Made by a program: the position numbers and the translations under genes. Source: Candidatus Bathyarchaeia archaeon (GTDB lineage: Archaea; Thermoproteota; Bathyarchaeia; Bathyarchaeales; Bathycorpusculaceae). Taken from it: a stretch of 42,527 nt of DNA. The stretch is from the NCBI GenBank assembly GCA_049512075.1, contig JBEKXL010000021.1:1-42527 (forward strand). The letters run 5' to 3'. The notes beneath the pieces are model-generated. The model was given only the letters and a program-made list of their open reading frames with translations. It was not told the origin of the DNA and ran no database searches. Positions 18,844 through 29,077 of this stretch are shown one piece after another (the stretch's first letter is position 1; each line of letters opens with the position of its first letter).

Positions 18844-20217
18844 CTAGTGGGGGCTTCGTTTGCTCCTGCCTTTTCCAACGCCTCTGTACGTGAGTCCGGC
18901 TTTGATTGCCGCTTCTTCAGTGAAGGCGTTTCTACCGTCGACCAGAACCGGCGTTGCCAGTTTCCTCTTCAGTCTGCCGAGATCCAGTTTCAGGTACCCT
19001 TTGTGCTTCGTTGATAGAATCACCGCGTCCGCACCCGTCAATGCCTCGTCGAGGTCATTCGTGAAGGGAAGGTCAAAGCTGCGCACGACAGGATCATGAA
19101 GCACTGGTATTGCGCCTCTCTCCTCTAATTCAGAGTACAGAGTGGCCGAGGGCGTGTTCCGTGTGTCGTCAGAGTTTTCGATGAAAGCCACACCCAGGAT
19201 CGCCACCTTTGCCCCTTTCAACTTCTTACCGTGCTCCGCCAACGCATCCTCAACCAGGTCGACAGTATGCTTCGGCATCGAGTCGTTACGCTCACGGCTA
19301 GAAACAATGACCTTTGGGAAAAACTTGGATCCACCATACTCGTCCAGACCGTACTTCAGCAGCCACGGATCCTTCGGTAAGCAGTGTCCCCCAACACCAG
19401 CTCCCGGATAATGCATGTTCCTAACAGGGTTTGACGCTGGATTCTTAGGATCGTTGGGCAAAGTGTTCACTAACTCACGAACCCTGTAAGCGTCAACTCC
19501 TAGACTTTCGCATATGAGTCCCACTTCGTTTGCGAAGGCGACATTCACGTCTCTGTACGTGTTTTCCACAACCTTGGCCACTTCAGCAGTGAGCGCATCG
19601 GTGGGGCAGAGCTTTGCCTTCACGATATGACCATACAATTCCATGGCACGGCCAGTGCTCTCCTCATCAATTCCTCCCACTACTCTAGGAAGATCCACGA
19701 CGTTCTTGATCAAACGTCCAACCATCACCCTTTCGTAGCAAAACGCCAGAGAGAAATCCTTCCCAGCCTTCATGCCTGAAGACTCCTCCAGGAGAGGCTT
19801 CACGACATTATCCGTGGTGCCCGGAGCAACGGTCGACTCAACCACGACAAGCGTCCCGCGCCGCACGTACTTCCCAACATTCGCACTGACCTCTTCGAGA
19901 GACTCGTAATCGGGAACCTTATCCGCATCGACAGGAGTCTGAACATCTATCAGAATCGCATCCGCATCCTTGCAGACGGACACATCCTCCACGACCCTGA
20001 AAGTGCCCTTCTCAACAACTCGCGCCACGAGTTCAGAAAGGTCCGGCTCATCTCCGCCAATAGGATTCCTGCCCTCGTTCAGCCAGTCGATTTTCCAGCC
20101 CGAACGCTTAGATCTACGCTGCACACCCACGACGCTGAAGCCCTCCACGTCGGCGAACAGCGCGGCCACTGGGATTCCGACATAACCCATGCCTATGACA
20201 ACGACTTTCCTAACCAT
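18844..20217 (-). CDS. Nucleotide-sugar 6-dehydrogenase (UDP-ManNAc/GlcNAc dehydrogenase family)
   Basis: GMGYVG, VQTP, ESTVAPGTT, AKVVENTYRDVNVAFANE, PGAGVGGHCLPKD, DDTRNTP, VDGRN. ATG 20217 chosen. Confidence 0.93.
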   Translation of the reverse strand: MVRKVVVIGMGYVGIPVAALFADVEGFSVVGVQRRSKRSGWKIDWLNEGRNPIGGDEPDLSELVARVVEKGTFRVVEDVSVCKDADAILIDVQTPVDADKVPDYESLEEVSANVGKYVRRGTLVVVESTVAPGTTDNVVKPLLEESSGMKAGKDFSLAFCYERVMVGRLIKNVVDLPRVVGGIDEESTGRAMELYGHIVKAKLCPTDALTAEVAKVVENTYRDVNVAFANEVGLICESLGVDAYRVRELVNTLPNDPKNPASNPVRNMHYPGAGVGGHCLPKDPWLLKYGLDEYGGSKFFPKVIVSSRERNDSMPKHTVDLVEDALAEHGKKLKGAKVAILGVAFIENSDDTRNTPSATLYSELEERGAIPVLHDPVVRSFDLPFTNDLDEALTGADAVILSTKHKGYLKLDLGRLKRKLATPVLVDGRNAFTEEAAIKAGLTYRGVGKGRSKRSPH

Positions 20218-20289
20218 GAACAATGCCAAATGTAAGTTGACTATATCTCGCTTTTGCTTCTTCTTCACAAGATCCGAAACGAACCGCTC

Positions 20290-20787
20290 TTATGTGCCTT
20301 TGGCATCCGCGCGAAGTTTGACGCCAACGGTTTTTGCAAGTCGTTGCAGATCGTCATCACTCATCCATTCAGTCCTGAGATACTCACAGATTCTGTCATC
20401 ACCCATTCCCAACCTCCTGGCCTCCTTAACCGCGTGGCGATAAGCCTCAACCTCAGTAGGCCTCTCAATGTAAGCGTAGTCACTGTCAAACAGTTCTTTT
20501 CCCTCCATAAACTGTCTAACGTGAACCAACTCGTGGATAATGTCGAGATAAATGTCAACAATGTTGCCCTCATTCAGATACCGCGCGCCTATTATGAGGT
20601 GCCCGTCCATCTCGCTCACTCCCATATACCCCCTTATCCCCGCGAACTCGACCATAAGGCCGCTCAGCACCTTCTCTGTCTCTTCACCAAAAACCTCTCT
20701 GACCGCAGCAACACTTTCAAAACCCTTGAAATACCCCGTGAAGCGATGCATTGCAATCTTGACGTCGCGTGGAATCTTGACTTTCAA
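20290..20787 (-). CDS. Small HExxH zincin-like protein
   Basis: IIHELVHVRQ ... RPTEVEAY. Confidence 0.75.
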   Translation of the reverse strand: MKVKIPRDVKIAMHRFTGYFKGFESVAAVREVFGEETEKVLSGLMVEFAGIRGYMGVSEMDGHLIIGARYLNEGNIVDIYLDIIHELVHVRQFMEGKELFDSDYAYIERPTEVEAYRHAVKEARRLGMGDDRICEYLRTEWMSDDDLQRLAKTVGVKLRADAKGT

Positions 20788-20914
20788 CTGGGATTCTATT
20801 CCTGCCAGTCCTCCTCTCAGAGCCTATTCTGGAAGAACGCGAATTAGTAAAGTTTATGCTCTCGAAGTGGTCTTGACAATGGCGAAAACCAAGCTGACTG
20901 GAGGTCCTGTTCAC

Positions 20915-21754
20915 ATGTTCCACGTCAAGACTATGTCTCCGGAAGATTTCGATTTTGCAGTTCAAATCACAGACACGATGAACTGGAACCTCACAACCGC
21001 AGACTTCGAATTCATGATCGAGCTTGAGCCCGCCGGCTGTTTCGTCCTCCTCGAAAACTCGAAAAAGATAGGTCTCGCCACGACAGTCAGCTTCGGAACC
21101 ATAGCCTGGTTTGGCAACCTAATCGTCAACGAGAACCACCGAAAAAGAGGCGCAGGCTCACAGCTTGTAAAACACTCAGTCGAATATTTGACGCACAAAC
21201 ACGTAAAAACTGTCGGCCTTTACGCCTACATGGACCGAATCCCTTTCTATGAGAGGCTCGGCTTCAAACGCGACTCAGAATTCACAGTTTTAACTGGAAA
21301 AGGCTTTTCCTTGCCAGTCAAATCCGTAGCTGGGAAAGCCGAGAAGCAAGACTTGCAAGAAATCATCGAATTCGACAGATCTTGTTTCAGCTCATCTAGA
21401 AGAAAACTACTCGAACCCATAATTCTCGATCCAGACAACCTATGTTGCATTTCTGCCGAAGCGGAACGTATGGTCGGTTACGTTGTGGCCAAAGTGTACA
21501 GGCAGATGAGTGAGATAGGGCCGCTAATATGCCAAAAAGGACGTGAAGACGCAGCCGTCAACCTTTTAAGGTCAGTTCTCAGCAGGTTGGAAGGATATGA
21601 GGTTTCCATGTACGTTCCCAACAAAGAAAGCACAATTCTCAACTCCCTCAAAACGTTGGGGTTTACTAAGAGTTTCCGAGTAGCAAGAATGTTTTTCGGA
21701 TCGCCCATCGCCAAAGACTGCATATGCATGGCCGAATCACTAGAGAGAGGTTGA
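20915..21754 (+). CDS. Tandem GNAT N-acetyltransferase
   Basis: LIVNENHRKRGAGSQL, FYERLGF and a second GNAT-like domain (IGPL); GGAGG Shine-Dalgarno before ATG 20915. Confidence 0.9.
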   Translation: MFHVKTMSPEDFDFAVQITDTMNWNLTTADFEFMIELEPAGCFVLLENSKKIGLATTVSFGTIAWFGNLIVNENHRKRGAGSQLVKHSVEYLTHKHVKTVGLYAYMDRIPFYERLGFKRDSEFTVLTGKGFSLPVKSVAGKAEKQDLQEIIEFDRSCFSSSRRKLLEPIILDPDNLCCISAEAERMVGYVVAKVYRQMSEIGPLICQKGREDAAVNLLRSVLSRLEGYEVSMYVPNKESTILNSLKTLGFTKSFRVARMFFGSPIAKDCICMAESLERG

Positions 21755-21759
21755 ACCCG

Positions 21760-23130
21760 ATGTCAGAGTTGGCTAGAATAATCGTTGAAGATTTCCTTAA
21801 GAGTTCCTGGTCCTGCGTCGAAGCCTTGGTTGGAGAATTGGCTACTTACAAACCGGATGCGGGAAAAAAGATTCGCTTCTTCCACTTCAAAAACGGACGG
21901 AAGAATGAGGCGACGTTTGACAGTGGCCACTTCTTCTTGAGGGCCTCAGTTGAATACTCAAATCCGCAGTTGACAGTGGAAGAAGTTCAGGGAATCATAG
22001 CCGCCCGTCTGCTTGAGGTCTGCGGAAACCACTTCTACTACTACGGTCTCCACACTGTCGACGACAAGGACGTTAACGAAATACGTGAAATGCTCAGTGA
22101 CCCTTCCCAAGGAATAATAGTTCCGTTCCTGCTCAACACGGACGAGATTGAACCAGACAGATACTCGATGAACCCGCTGAAAGAGTCCATAGTAAACAGC
22201 GGACAGAGCGCGTTTCCATGCGCCACAGTCAAGACAGAAACTCTGGAAATAGACAAGAACTTCGCACAAAAATACCAAGGTTCATTGATTTGTAAGGAAG
22301 AAATCGACATCATAGGTCATCACCTCAAAACTTGCAACAACAGCTACGTCGACATGGTTGACGCCGTCAAATATGAACAATTAGAAAAGCTTTCCCAAGC
22401 CTTCGGAATAAACCTCAGCATATACTCAATTCGTATGCCCCTGACCGTTCTTGGCGAGGAGAAACCTGACGGGCTGCTGCATCACATAATAAGGGAAACA
22501 CACTCTGGTTACGAGTCAATCGAATGCATCTACAAGTGCATGGGCCGAAGCATGAAAAACCTCACCACCCTTCTAACCGTCCCGCACTCAAGCAAGGGCT
22601 ACGCTTCCAAACGCGCTGTCAGAGGAAGAATCTACTTCGACGGGGCCAAACTCAAAAGCGTAAAAGTCGACTACAAAACGGCCCTGCTTTACCCGAACGC
22701 GATTGACCCTGGCGACGTAAGCATAGCAAAAGCCGACGACGCCTTCAACGTTGAAGGAGACAAACTCGCGAACTACGACTTCAAAGAGACCCCATCCTCA
22801 CCCCAATTCTTCCTATACTCCTTGGCCTCGCCCGAGAATGCTGTCCTATGGCACGGAATCGGAGCCTTCGGCGCGTCCGAACTGCTCAAAAGCTATACAA
22901 CCACCCGCGTAGCCTGCGCCAAAGAACTAATAGTCAAAGGGCTCAGCGAGAAGTATGGCGTTACGACAAAAATACCCCTGCAATTCAATCTCGTCCCAAA
23001 ATACATGTGGTTCCACCCCGTACACCGAAACATAGATGCAAGCATCGGCTGCGTCCAAAACATGAAAGATCTGGCCGACCTAGGCATGAAAATGGAACGC
23101 CTCCAAACCGACCAATACATCCGCACCTGA
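21760..23130 (+). CDS. Hypothetical protein, 456 aa, no recognised domain
   Basis: Long ORF with core-like codon style, 5 bp after the GNAT stop; GAGG upstream. Confidence 0.85.
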   Translation: MSELARIIVEDFLKSSWSCVEALVGELATYKPDAGKKIRFFHFKNGRKNEATFDSGHFFLRASVEYSNPQLTVEEVQGIIAARLLEVCGNHFYYYGLHTVDDKDVNEIREMLSDPSQGIIVPFLLNTDEIEPDRYSMNPLKESIVNSGQSAFPCATVKTETLEIDKNFAQKYQGSLICKEEIDIIGHHLKTCNNSYVDMVDAVKYEQLEKLSQAFGINLSIYSIRMPLTVLGEEKPDGLLHHIIRETHSGYESIECIYKCMGRSMKNLTTLLTVPHSSKGYASKRAVRGRIYFDGAKLKSVKVDYKTALLYPNAIDPGDVSIAKADDAFNVEGDKLANYDFKETPSSPQFFLYSLASPENAVLWHGIGAFGASELLKSYTTTRVACAKELIVKGLSEKYGVTTKIPLQFNLVPKYMWFHPVHRNIDASIGCVQNMKDLADLGMKMERLQTDQYIRT

Positions 23131-23348
23131 GAACTTGGACATTATCGAGTCCCGATCTCTAAGCGGTTCGGGCGGCAGAGTGTTAACAAGGGTGACGCGT
23201 GATGCGCGCTCTGACGGATTGAAAGAAAAGTATTGATGAGCCAGCAAGTCGTGATGAACGGTGTGTTAGTTGTATTGAATGTTTTTATAACGCGCGCTAA
23301 GAGCAACGTTTTTAAGAAGCAAAAGAAGAATTTTGACGGTTGATTTTC

Positions 23349-23960
23349 ATGTTCTTCAAACAGATCAAGTATCGAGGCGACAACTTCTCCTACATTATCG
23401 CAGACGTTGGTTCCAGAGAAGTGGGAGTTGTTGATCCTAGCTTCAACGTCGACGCAATAATTCTCATCCTTAAAGACCAGAATTTCAACTTGAAATACAT
23501 CATCAACACTCACGGCCACCCTGACCACACGGCTGGGAACGAGGAACTCAAATCAGCTTTCCACTCGAAAATCGTTGCCCACAAACTCTCACACGTAAGC
23601 CAAGACATTAGCGTAGTCGACGGAGACAGAATCCGCCTAGGCACCGTTACAATCGAAATCATACACACGCCAGGTCACACCCCCGACAGCATCTGCCTCC
23701 TAACCGAGGGCAAACTGCTCACGGGCGACACACTCTTCGTAGGCGAATGCGGGCGAACCGATCTCCCCGGCGGTAACGTCAAAGACATGTACGTCAGCCT
23801 TCTACAAAGAATAGCAAAACTGGATGACAGCATCGAAGTCTACCCCGGCCATGATTACGGGCCCTCCCCAAACTCAACTATCGGCAGAGAAAAACAAACA
23901 AATTATACCCTACAAAACCGAACCCTCCAACAATTCATCCAATTCATGCAAACACCATAA
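23349..23960 (+). CDS. MBL-fold metallo-hydrolase (glyoxalase II-like)
   Basis: THGHPDH, TPGHT, TGDTLF..GRTD, PGHDY. Confidence 0.93.
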   Translation: MFFKQIKYRGDNFSYIIADVGSREVGVVDPSFNVDAIILILKDQNFNLKYIINTHGHPDHTAGNEELKSAFHSKIVAHKLSHVSQDISVVDGDRIRLGTVTIEIIHTPGHTPDSICLLTEGKLLTGDTLFVGECGRTDLPGGNVKDMYVSLLQRIAKLDDSIEVYPGHDYGPSPNSTIGREKQTNYTLQNRTLQQFIQFMQTP

Positions 23961-24119
23961 AATAAGAAAGCAGAGAACGAAGCAAAATTGAGTCTCAAGG
24001 AACTCAAAGATTAAGTGCTCATAGCAAGGACTCGAAATCTTAACATTCAGACTGCAACCTTAAAAAACAGGAAGACCATATGACAAAACAGGCAAAACGC
24101 AGAGAACAGCGGGTAAGAC

Positions 24120-25571
24120 ATGTTCGATAATACCGTTTCTTACATTCTCGAAACCGAGGTTCCCAACAACTACATAGGAAACATGCTGGACTTCATCTAC
24201 CAAAAATACCTATTGGCCCAGAAACAGCGTTTCATCAACATCTCCAGATCCACCGAAAATGGTGAATCCACCCTCAACTACGACGTGATTGACAGGCAGG
24301 CAAAACGCAGCCTCAGCGTCACGGTCAACGGCAGTAACCCGCTAAAAATCAAAATAACTCCCCTCAGCGAAGCCGTAACTGCAAAAGCTATAGAAGAAGC
24401 CCGACAGGACGTCGCCATCGGAGTTGACTATTTTGAGGAGCAAGTCAGGCAGAACACCCTCTACTTCGCATGGCGGGAAGGAGAAGAAATAGTTCCTGAA
24501 GTAGTTTCTACAAAAGAGAAGAAGCCCATCAACCGGCTTTTCCTCGAAACCCAAATCCTCCTCTTTGTTGTCTTCACCACAGTGGGCCTGTTCCTCTTCA
24601 TCTTCCTCGAGAGCATGAGCTACGGTTGGATAGCGCCCATCGCGATTCTGGCAATCCAGTTGGTCTTCGTCTTCTACTCTAACAAGTTCATCGAGAGGAC
24701 AGCTGACTGGCGTATAACCCGAGACAACCCCAGCATCCACCTGCTCGAATACCGCATACCCCTCGGACAACAAGAAAGCTTCAAGAAAAACTATCCTCCC
24801 GACAAGCTGAGGAGCATAAAGAAAGAAGTGTACGAACAAACCATCCTCAAAAAAGGAGAAATCGACTGCCAAACCACCGGCCAAATCTTCAGCAAGTACG
24901 GCCTCGAATGCAGCCCGGAAAACCTCTTAGCAAAAAAAGTCAACATCTACGAGCTCGTGGAGAAAACCCGCCAGAAATTCGGTTTTCCAATGCCAAGAAT
25001 TGTCGTGTCCAACACGATGCTCCCCAACGCGGCAGCCTCAGGACCAAGCCCAAGCCGCGGAACCGTTCTCATCACGACAGGCCTCCTTGCCCAACTGAAC
25101 GAAGACGAAATCATAGGCGTCCTAGGACACGAATTCGGCCACCTCAAAGGACGGGATCCCCTTCTTCTCTTCGGCCTGATGTCAACCGAGTTTCTCTTCC
25201 GATTCTACGTGCTCCTGCCCTTGCTTCCGTTTATCTTCACCTCACTGCTCTTTCTAGTGTATTTCTGGGCCGTCATGACCCTCATATTCTTCATAGCTAA
25301 GTTCTTCGAGGCTCGAGCAGACCTCACTTCCGCCATCGTCATCCGACAACCCCACATCTTGGCCGATGCCCTCGAAAAAATAGGTTTCAAACGTCTGCTG
25401 TTTGAACGTGTACCCTCCTATCGTATTCAGGAGTGGATAAGCTTGGATCCACACCCGCCCATCTACTTCCGAGTCGACCGGCTCAGAAAACTCCAAGACA
25501 CGACGAATATAAGATATCCGCTCTTTCAATCGGCAACAGAAGTAATTAGAGGCTTCATCAACAGCATATGA
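24120..25571 (+). CDS. M48 (HtpX-like) membrane zinc metalloprotease with long N-terminal extension
   Basis: PNAAASG, LITTGLL..L.EDEI.GVLGHEFGH, EARAD, HPP..RV. Confidence 0.9.
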   Translation: MFDNTVSYILETEVPNNYIGNMLDFIYQKYLLAQKQRFINISRSTENGESTLNYDVIDRQAKRSLSVTVNGSNPLKIKITPLSEAVTAKAIEEARQDVAIGVDYFEEQVRQNTLYFAWREGEEIVPEVVSTKEKKPINRLFLETQILLFVVFTTVGLFLFIFLESMSYGWIAPIAILAIQLVFVFYSNKFIERTADWRITRDNPSIHLLEYRIPLGQQESFKKNYPPDKLRSIKKEVYEQTILKKGEIDCQTTGQIFSKYGLECSPENLLAKKVNIYELVEKTRQKFGFPMPRIVVSNTMLPNAAASGPSPSRGTVLITTGLLAQLNEDEIIGVLGHEFGHLKGRDPLLLFGLMSTEFLFRFYVLLPLLPFIFTSLLFLVYFWAVMTLIFFIAKFFEARADLTSAIVIRQPHILADALEKIGFKRLLFERVPSYRIQEWISLDPHPPIYFRVDRLRKLQDTTNIRYPLFQSATEVIRGFINSI

Positions 25572-25643
25572 TGGGCAGAAGAGCCGCACCTTTTGGCGAA
25601 GCACGAAAACAAAGTTCGGGTGAGTGCGTGCGTCGTAAGCCTC

Positions 25644-25949
25644 TCAGACGTCAGCTAGGATTTGTTCTCCTTCTATTTTCGTCTGATATGTAGGTTCAGG
25701 CTTCTTTGCGGGTCCTTTCATCACGCTTCCTGTTGTAACGTCGAAAGTCGAACCGTGACACGGGCATGTTACGTTTCCTCCTTTGAGCGTACCGTCCGAC
25801 AGCATACAACTCATATGAGTGCAACGATTTCCAATGGCATAGACCGTGCCCTCTAGGTTGACCACGACAATTTCCTTGCCACCGGCCTCTACGCCAATCA
25901 TGTGGCCCGGCTCCAAATCCTTCATAAGGGCAACTTTCACAAACGCCAT
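25644..25949 (-). CDS. Rieske [2Fe-2S] ferredoxin
   Basis: CTH ... CPCHGSTFD..TG..GPA; GGAGGTGA Shine-Dalgarno. Confidence 0.95.
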   Translation of the reverse strand: MAFVKVALMKDLEPGHMIGVEAGGKEIVVVNLEGTVYAIGNRCTHMSCMLSDGTLKGGNVTCPCHGSTFDVTTGSVMKGPAKKPEPTYQTKIEGEQILADV

Positions 25950-26202
25950 CCCGGCTCACCTCCTGAACATTCTCTCAACTCGATAGGTAACAACCCGAAA
26001 AGATCGTATAAAAAACTTGTCGTTTTTCGCCATGAATCAGGAAACAGCTTCTATTCCTGCTTTTCCACGTAGAGCAAAGATGATGTGGCCAGTAAACCTT
26101 TTTATAGAAGGCCTACCCTCTAATGGACTGTCACATTAATTCATGCTTATCAAAGCTTTTGAAAGCTTCAGAAATTGCATGCAAAATTTTGTGGCAGGAG
26201 AA

Positions 26203-27321
26203 ATGAAACATATGCAGATGCAACACTTTAGAGACTTGCCACTGAGTCCGGAAGTAATGAAGGGCATCGAGGAGCTTGGATTCACGGATCTTTTTCCAAT
26301 TCAAGCTCAGGCCATAACTCCATTACTTGAAGGCAAGGACGTTATCGGACAAGCGCAAACCGGGACCGGCAAAACTGCCGCTTTCGGAATTCCAATGATT
26401 GAACGCTTAGACCCAAACGACAACAGGGTCCAAGGGTTGGTCTTGGAGCCAACACGCGAACTTGCTGAACAAGTCGCGGAACACATGCATCGATTCGGCA
26501 AGTACGCTGGGTTCAAGGTTCTGCCAGTCTATGGCGGCGAACCTATCCAGAAACAAATACGCACCCTTGAAATGGGTGTTCAAATCGTAGTGGGCACGCC
26601 TGGACGTATAATAGACTTGATTGAAAGGCGCGTGCTAAACCTGGCACACGTGAAAATAGTCGTCCTGGACGAAGCTGACAGAATGCTTGACATGGGGTTC
26701 ATCGAAGACATAGAATACATCCTCTCGCAGGTTCCGACCAACCGGCAGACAAGCCTCTTCTCGGCAACGATAGAGCAGACAGTGATGAACGTGTGCCACA
26801 GGTACATGAAGAACCCTGAGAAAATACTCGTTAGCAAGGATGAAATAGCTCTAACGCAGATACACCAGTACTACACGGTTGTGAACCCTCACAGCAAATT
26901 TGAAAGCCTCTGCAACATACTCGACGCAAACCACATAGGGAGAGCCATAATCTTCTGCAAGACCCGAAGAGAGACAAGCTTCTTGGCCGACAAATTGAGG
27001 GCAAGAGGATACGATGCAAAACCTTTACATGCTGGCTTCACGCAACCGCAGAGAAACTTTGTCATAGACTGTTTCAAGAGGGGAAAGCTGAAACTGCTCG
27101 TTGCGACCGATGTTGCAGCAAGAGGTCTGGACATTCAGGGAATCACCCATATAATCAACTACGACGTTCCATTAGACGCCTTGGTCTACTTCCACAGGAT
27201 CGGACGGACTGCGAGGATGGGACTGGAAGGCACGGCCATAACGCTGGTGGGCTATGGAGAACTGGGAGAGCTGGAGCAGATTAAGGCTTTAACCAAAACC
27301 AACATAGAGGAAATCGAATAG
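26203..27321 (+). CDS. DEAD-box RNA helicase (core domains only)
   Basis: Q motif, AQTGTGKT, PTRELA, TPGR, DEAD, SAT, ARGLD, HRIGRTAR. Start uncertain (26203, 26212 or 26218). Confidence 0.96.
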   Translation: MKHMQMQHFRDLPLSPEVMKGIEELGFTDLFPIQAQAITPLLEGKDVIGQAQTGTGKTAAFGIPMIERLDPNDNRVQGLVLEPTRELAEQVAEHMHRFGKYAGFKVLPVYGGEPIQKQIRTLEMGVQIVVGTPGRIIDLIERRVLNLAHVKIVVLDEADRMLDMGFIEDIEYILSQVPTNRQTSLFSATIEQTVMNVCHRYMKNPEKILVSKDEIALTQIHQYYTVVNPHSKFESLCNILDANHIGRAIIFCKTRRETSFLADKLRARGYDAKPLHAGFTQPQRNFVIDCFKRGKLKLLVATDVAARGLDIQGITHIINYDVPLDALVYFHRIGRTARMGLEGTAITLVGYGELGELEQIKALTKTNIEEIE

Positions 27322-27375
27322 AGCCTTGAGATTGCACGGCATTTATAAGGAACGGTGACACATTATAACAGCGCG

Positions 27376-27418
27376 GTAGCGTTCTGTTCTTGAATAGGAA
27401 ACAGCGACACAACGCTAC
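27376..27418 (+). promoter_or_regulatory. Stem-loop in the predicted 5' leader of alba
   Basis: GTAGCGTT 27376-83 pairs with AACGCTAC 27411-18; inner CTGTT/AACAG; TATA ATTTATAA at 27341. Confidence 0.5.
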
Positions 27419-27454
27419 ACAAAACAACCAAAAAAACAAAAAGGAGTGAGAAAA

Positions 27455-27742
27455 ATGGCGGAAAATCAGAAGACTGTTTTCATTGGCAGGAAACCAGCAA
27501 TGAGCTACGTACTGGCGATCATCACAAGCCTCTCAGCAAGCAACTCTAAGGAAATAACCTTGAAGGCGCGCGGGCAAGCTATAACGACAGCTGTTGACGT
27601 TGCTGAAATCACGAGAAGCCGGTTCTTGAAAGACCTGAAAGTTAGCAAGATCGCCATAGGAACGGAGCAGATGCCACCTCGAGAAGGAGAAAACAGTGCA
27701 CGAATGGTTTCTACAATGGAAATAACACTGGCGAAAGAGTAG
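27455..27742 (+). CDS. albA: DNA/RNA-binding protein Alba
   Basis: VFIGRKP.MSYVLA, TLKARGQAITTAVDVAE, VSTMEI; AGGAGTGA Shine-Dalgarno. Confidence 0.95.
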   Translation: MAENQKTVFIGRKPAMSYVLAIITSLSASNSKEITLKARGQAITTAVDVAEITRSRFLKDLKVSKIAIGTEQMPPREGENSARMVSTMEITLAKE

Positions 27743-27749
27743 AAATACA

Positions 27750-28382
27750 TTGAGAAACAAAGTATCCGTAGGCGAGTATCTCGCCTTTCTTTCTTTGAAA
27801 TATGAAGTCGACCCGGATCAGCTTTTTCACGCGTTGTGTTTGGCATGGGAGAACCTGAAAGCCACGTGCGGGGGGCTTCTTATTCAGTGCCGCAGCAAGA
27901 CTCAGGACAAAGCGGTGTTCCTGATGACCAAGGACTCCAAAGTTGTTTCTCAGTTTCCAATACCGAAGGAGTTTCTTTTCGAGAAAGCCAATCCTATCAG
28001 GACTTTGCAGAGAGCTGAAATGTTCGGGAGACGCGCAGTCAAGAAGCCTGAAACGGCTTATTCTTTCCAAATAAAGGATTTAAGAGTTGGAATGAAAAAG
28101 ATCAGCTTAACGGCTAAAGTGTTGGAAATTCCGAAGCCTACTTTTGTTTTTACGAGGTTTGGCAACTATGCTAGTGTGGCTAATGCCTCTGTGGCTGACG
28201 AGACTGGCACGGTGAAGTTGTGTTTGTGGAATGAGCAGATAGACGCCGTTTCAACCGGGGACATGATACAGATAGAGAATGCTCACATGTCTCTGTTCAG
28301 GGGCGAACGCCAGCTGAGAATTGGGAAGAATGGGAAGCTCAGTATCGTGGGGAAGATGGATTCGGCGAAGCTGGAGAATTGA
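27750..28382 (+). CDS. OB-fold single-stranded DNA-binding protein with an extra N-terminal domain
   Basis: IKDLRVGMKKISL.AKVLE, VADETGTVKLCLWN, GD.IQIENA, FRGE.QL.IG. Confidence 0.88.
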   Translation: MRNKVSVGEYLAFLSLKYEVDPDQLFHALCLAWENLKATCGGLLIQCRSKTQDKAVFLMTKDSKVVSQFPIPKEFLFEKANPIRTLQRAEMFGRRAVKKPETAYSFQIKDLRVGMKKISLTAKVLEIPKPTFVFTRFGNYASVANASVADETGTVKLCLWNEQIDAVSTGDMIQIENAHMSLFRGERQLRIGKNGKLSIVGKMDSAKLEN

Positions 28383-28408
28383 AGAGCTTAGCGCTGGGCT
28401 TATTGGTT

Positions 28409-29077
28409 TTAGTCTCTGCTTGCGAGTATCACGATGTAGTCGGCCGTGTCGGCGCACTGGTCTGCGGCTTGTTCGAGGAATTCGATGAGGTCATCGAATA
28501 TTACCATGGCGCCGATGTTCATTTGCTGTCCATATTTGATGAATGACGCTTTCGTTTTGAAGTAGTCGTCATCGATTTCATGTTCGATTTCTTCAACTTT
28601 TTGGGCGCCTGCTATGGCTTCGGCTGGGGCAACCGTGATTTTTTCTATGCACACGCGTAGGGCTTGAGCGCAGTCTACCAAGAGGGAGGTCATGTGCACC
28701 GTTTTGTCGTACATTTCTTGTGGAAGGCGTGTGCCCGCAAGCATTTCCATGCATCGTGCTGCGTCTTTCACGTGGTCGGCGAGGGTGTCGAGCCTTTTCA
28801 CGAGGTGGAGCAGGTCTTCGCGGTAGTCGGCGAATAATGCTGCGCCCTTGGATAGTTCTTTGAAGACTTCTGTTCGAAGTTTGTCAACCTCTTCTTCTTC
28901 TTTGAAGAGGTTTTCGATGCGTTGCATCGCTTCTTTTTCATTTCCTTCTGAGAGGCTTCGCGTTGCCTGACTGAGGAGTGTTACGGTGTCGAGGGCTTTT
29001 GTTATCTGGTCTTGAGCCAGGTCCAAGGCTTTGGTTCTGCGGCGTCTTTCGAACCAGGCGTAACTTCGCTTCTCCAT
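28409..29077 (-). CDS. DUF47 / PhoU-like phosphate transport regulator
   Basis: EEEVDKLR, REDLLHLVKRLD.LAD, IEHEIDD, LEQAADQCADTAD. Confidence 0.9.
   Translation of the reverse strand: MEKRSYAWFERRRRTKALDLAQDQITKALDTVTLLSQATRSLSEGNEKEAMQRIENLFKEEEEVDKLRTEVFKELSKGAALFADYREDLLHLVKRLDTLADHVKDAARCMEMLAGTRLPQEMYDKTVHMTSLLVDCAQALRVCIEKITVAPAEAIAGAQKVEEIEHEIDDDYFKTKASFIKYGQQMNIGAMVIFDDLIEFLEQAADQCADTADYIVILASRD

Noticed and set aside
18651-18893. ORFs 18651..18893 and 40985..41221 sharing ITSDIT as a small protein family
   Set aside because: The similarity comes from the DNA repeat; differences between copies are mostly non-synonymous and an indel breaks the frame.
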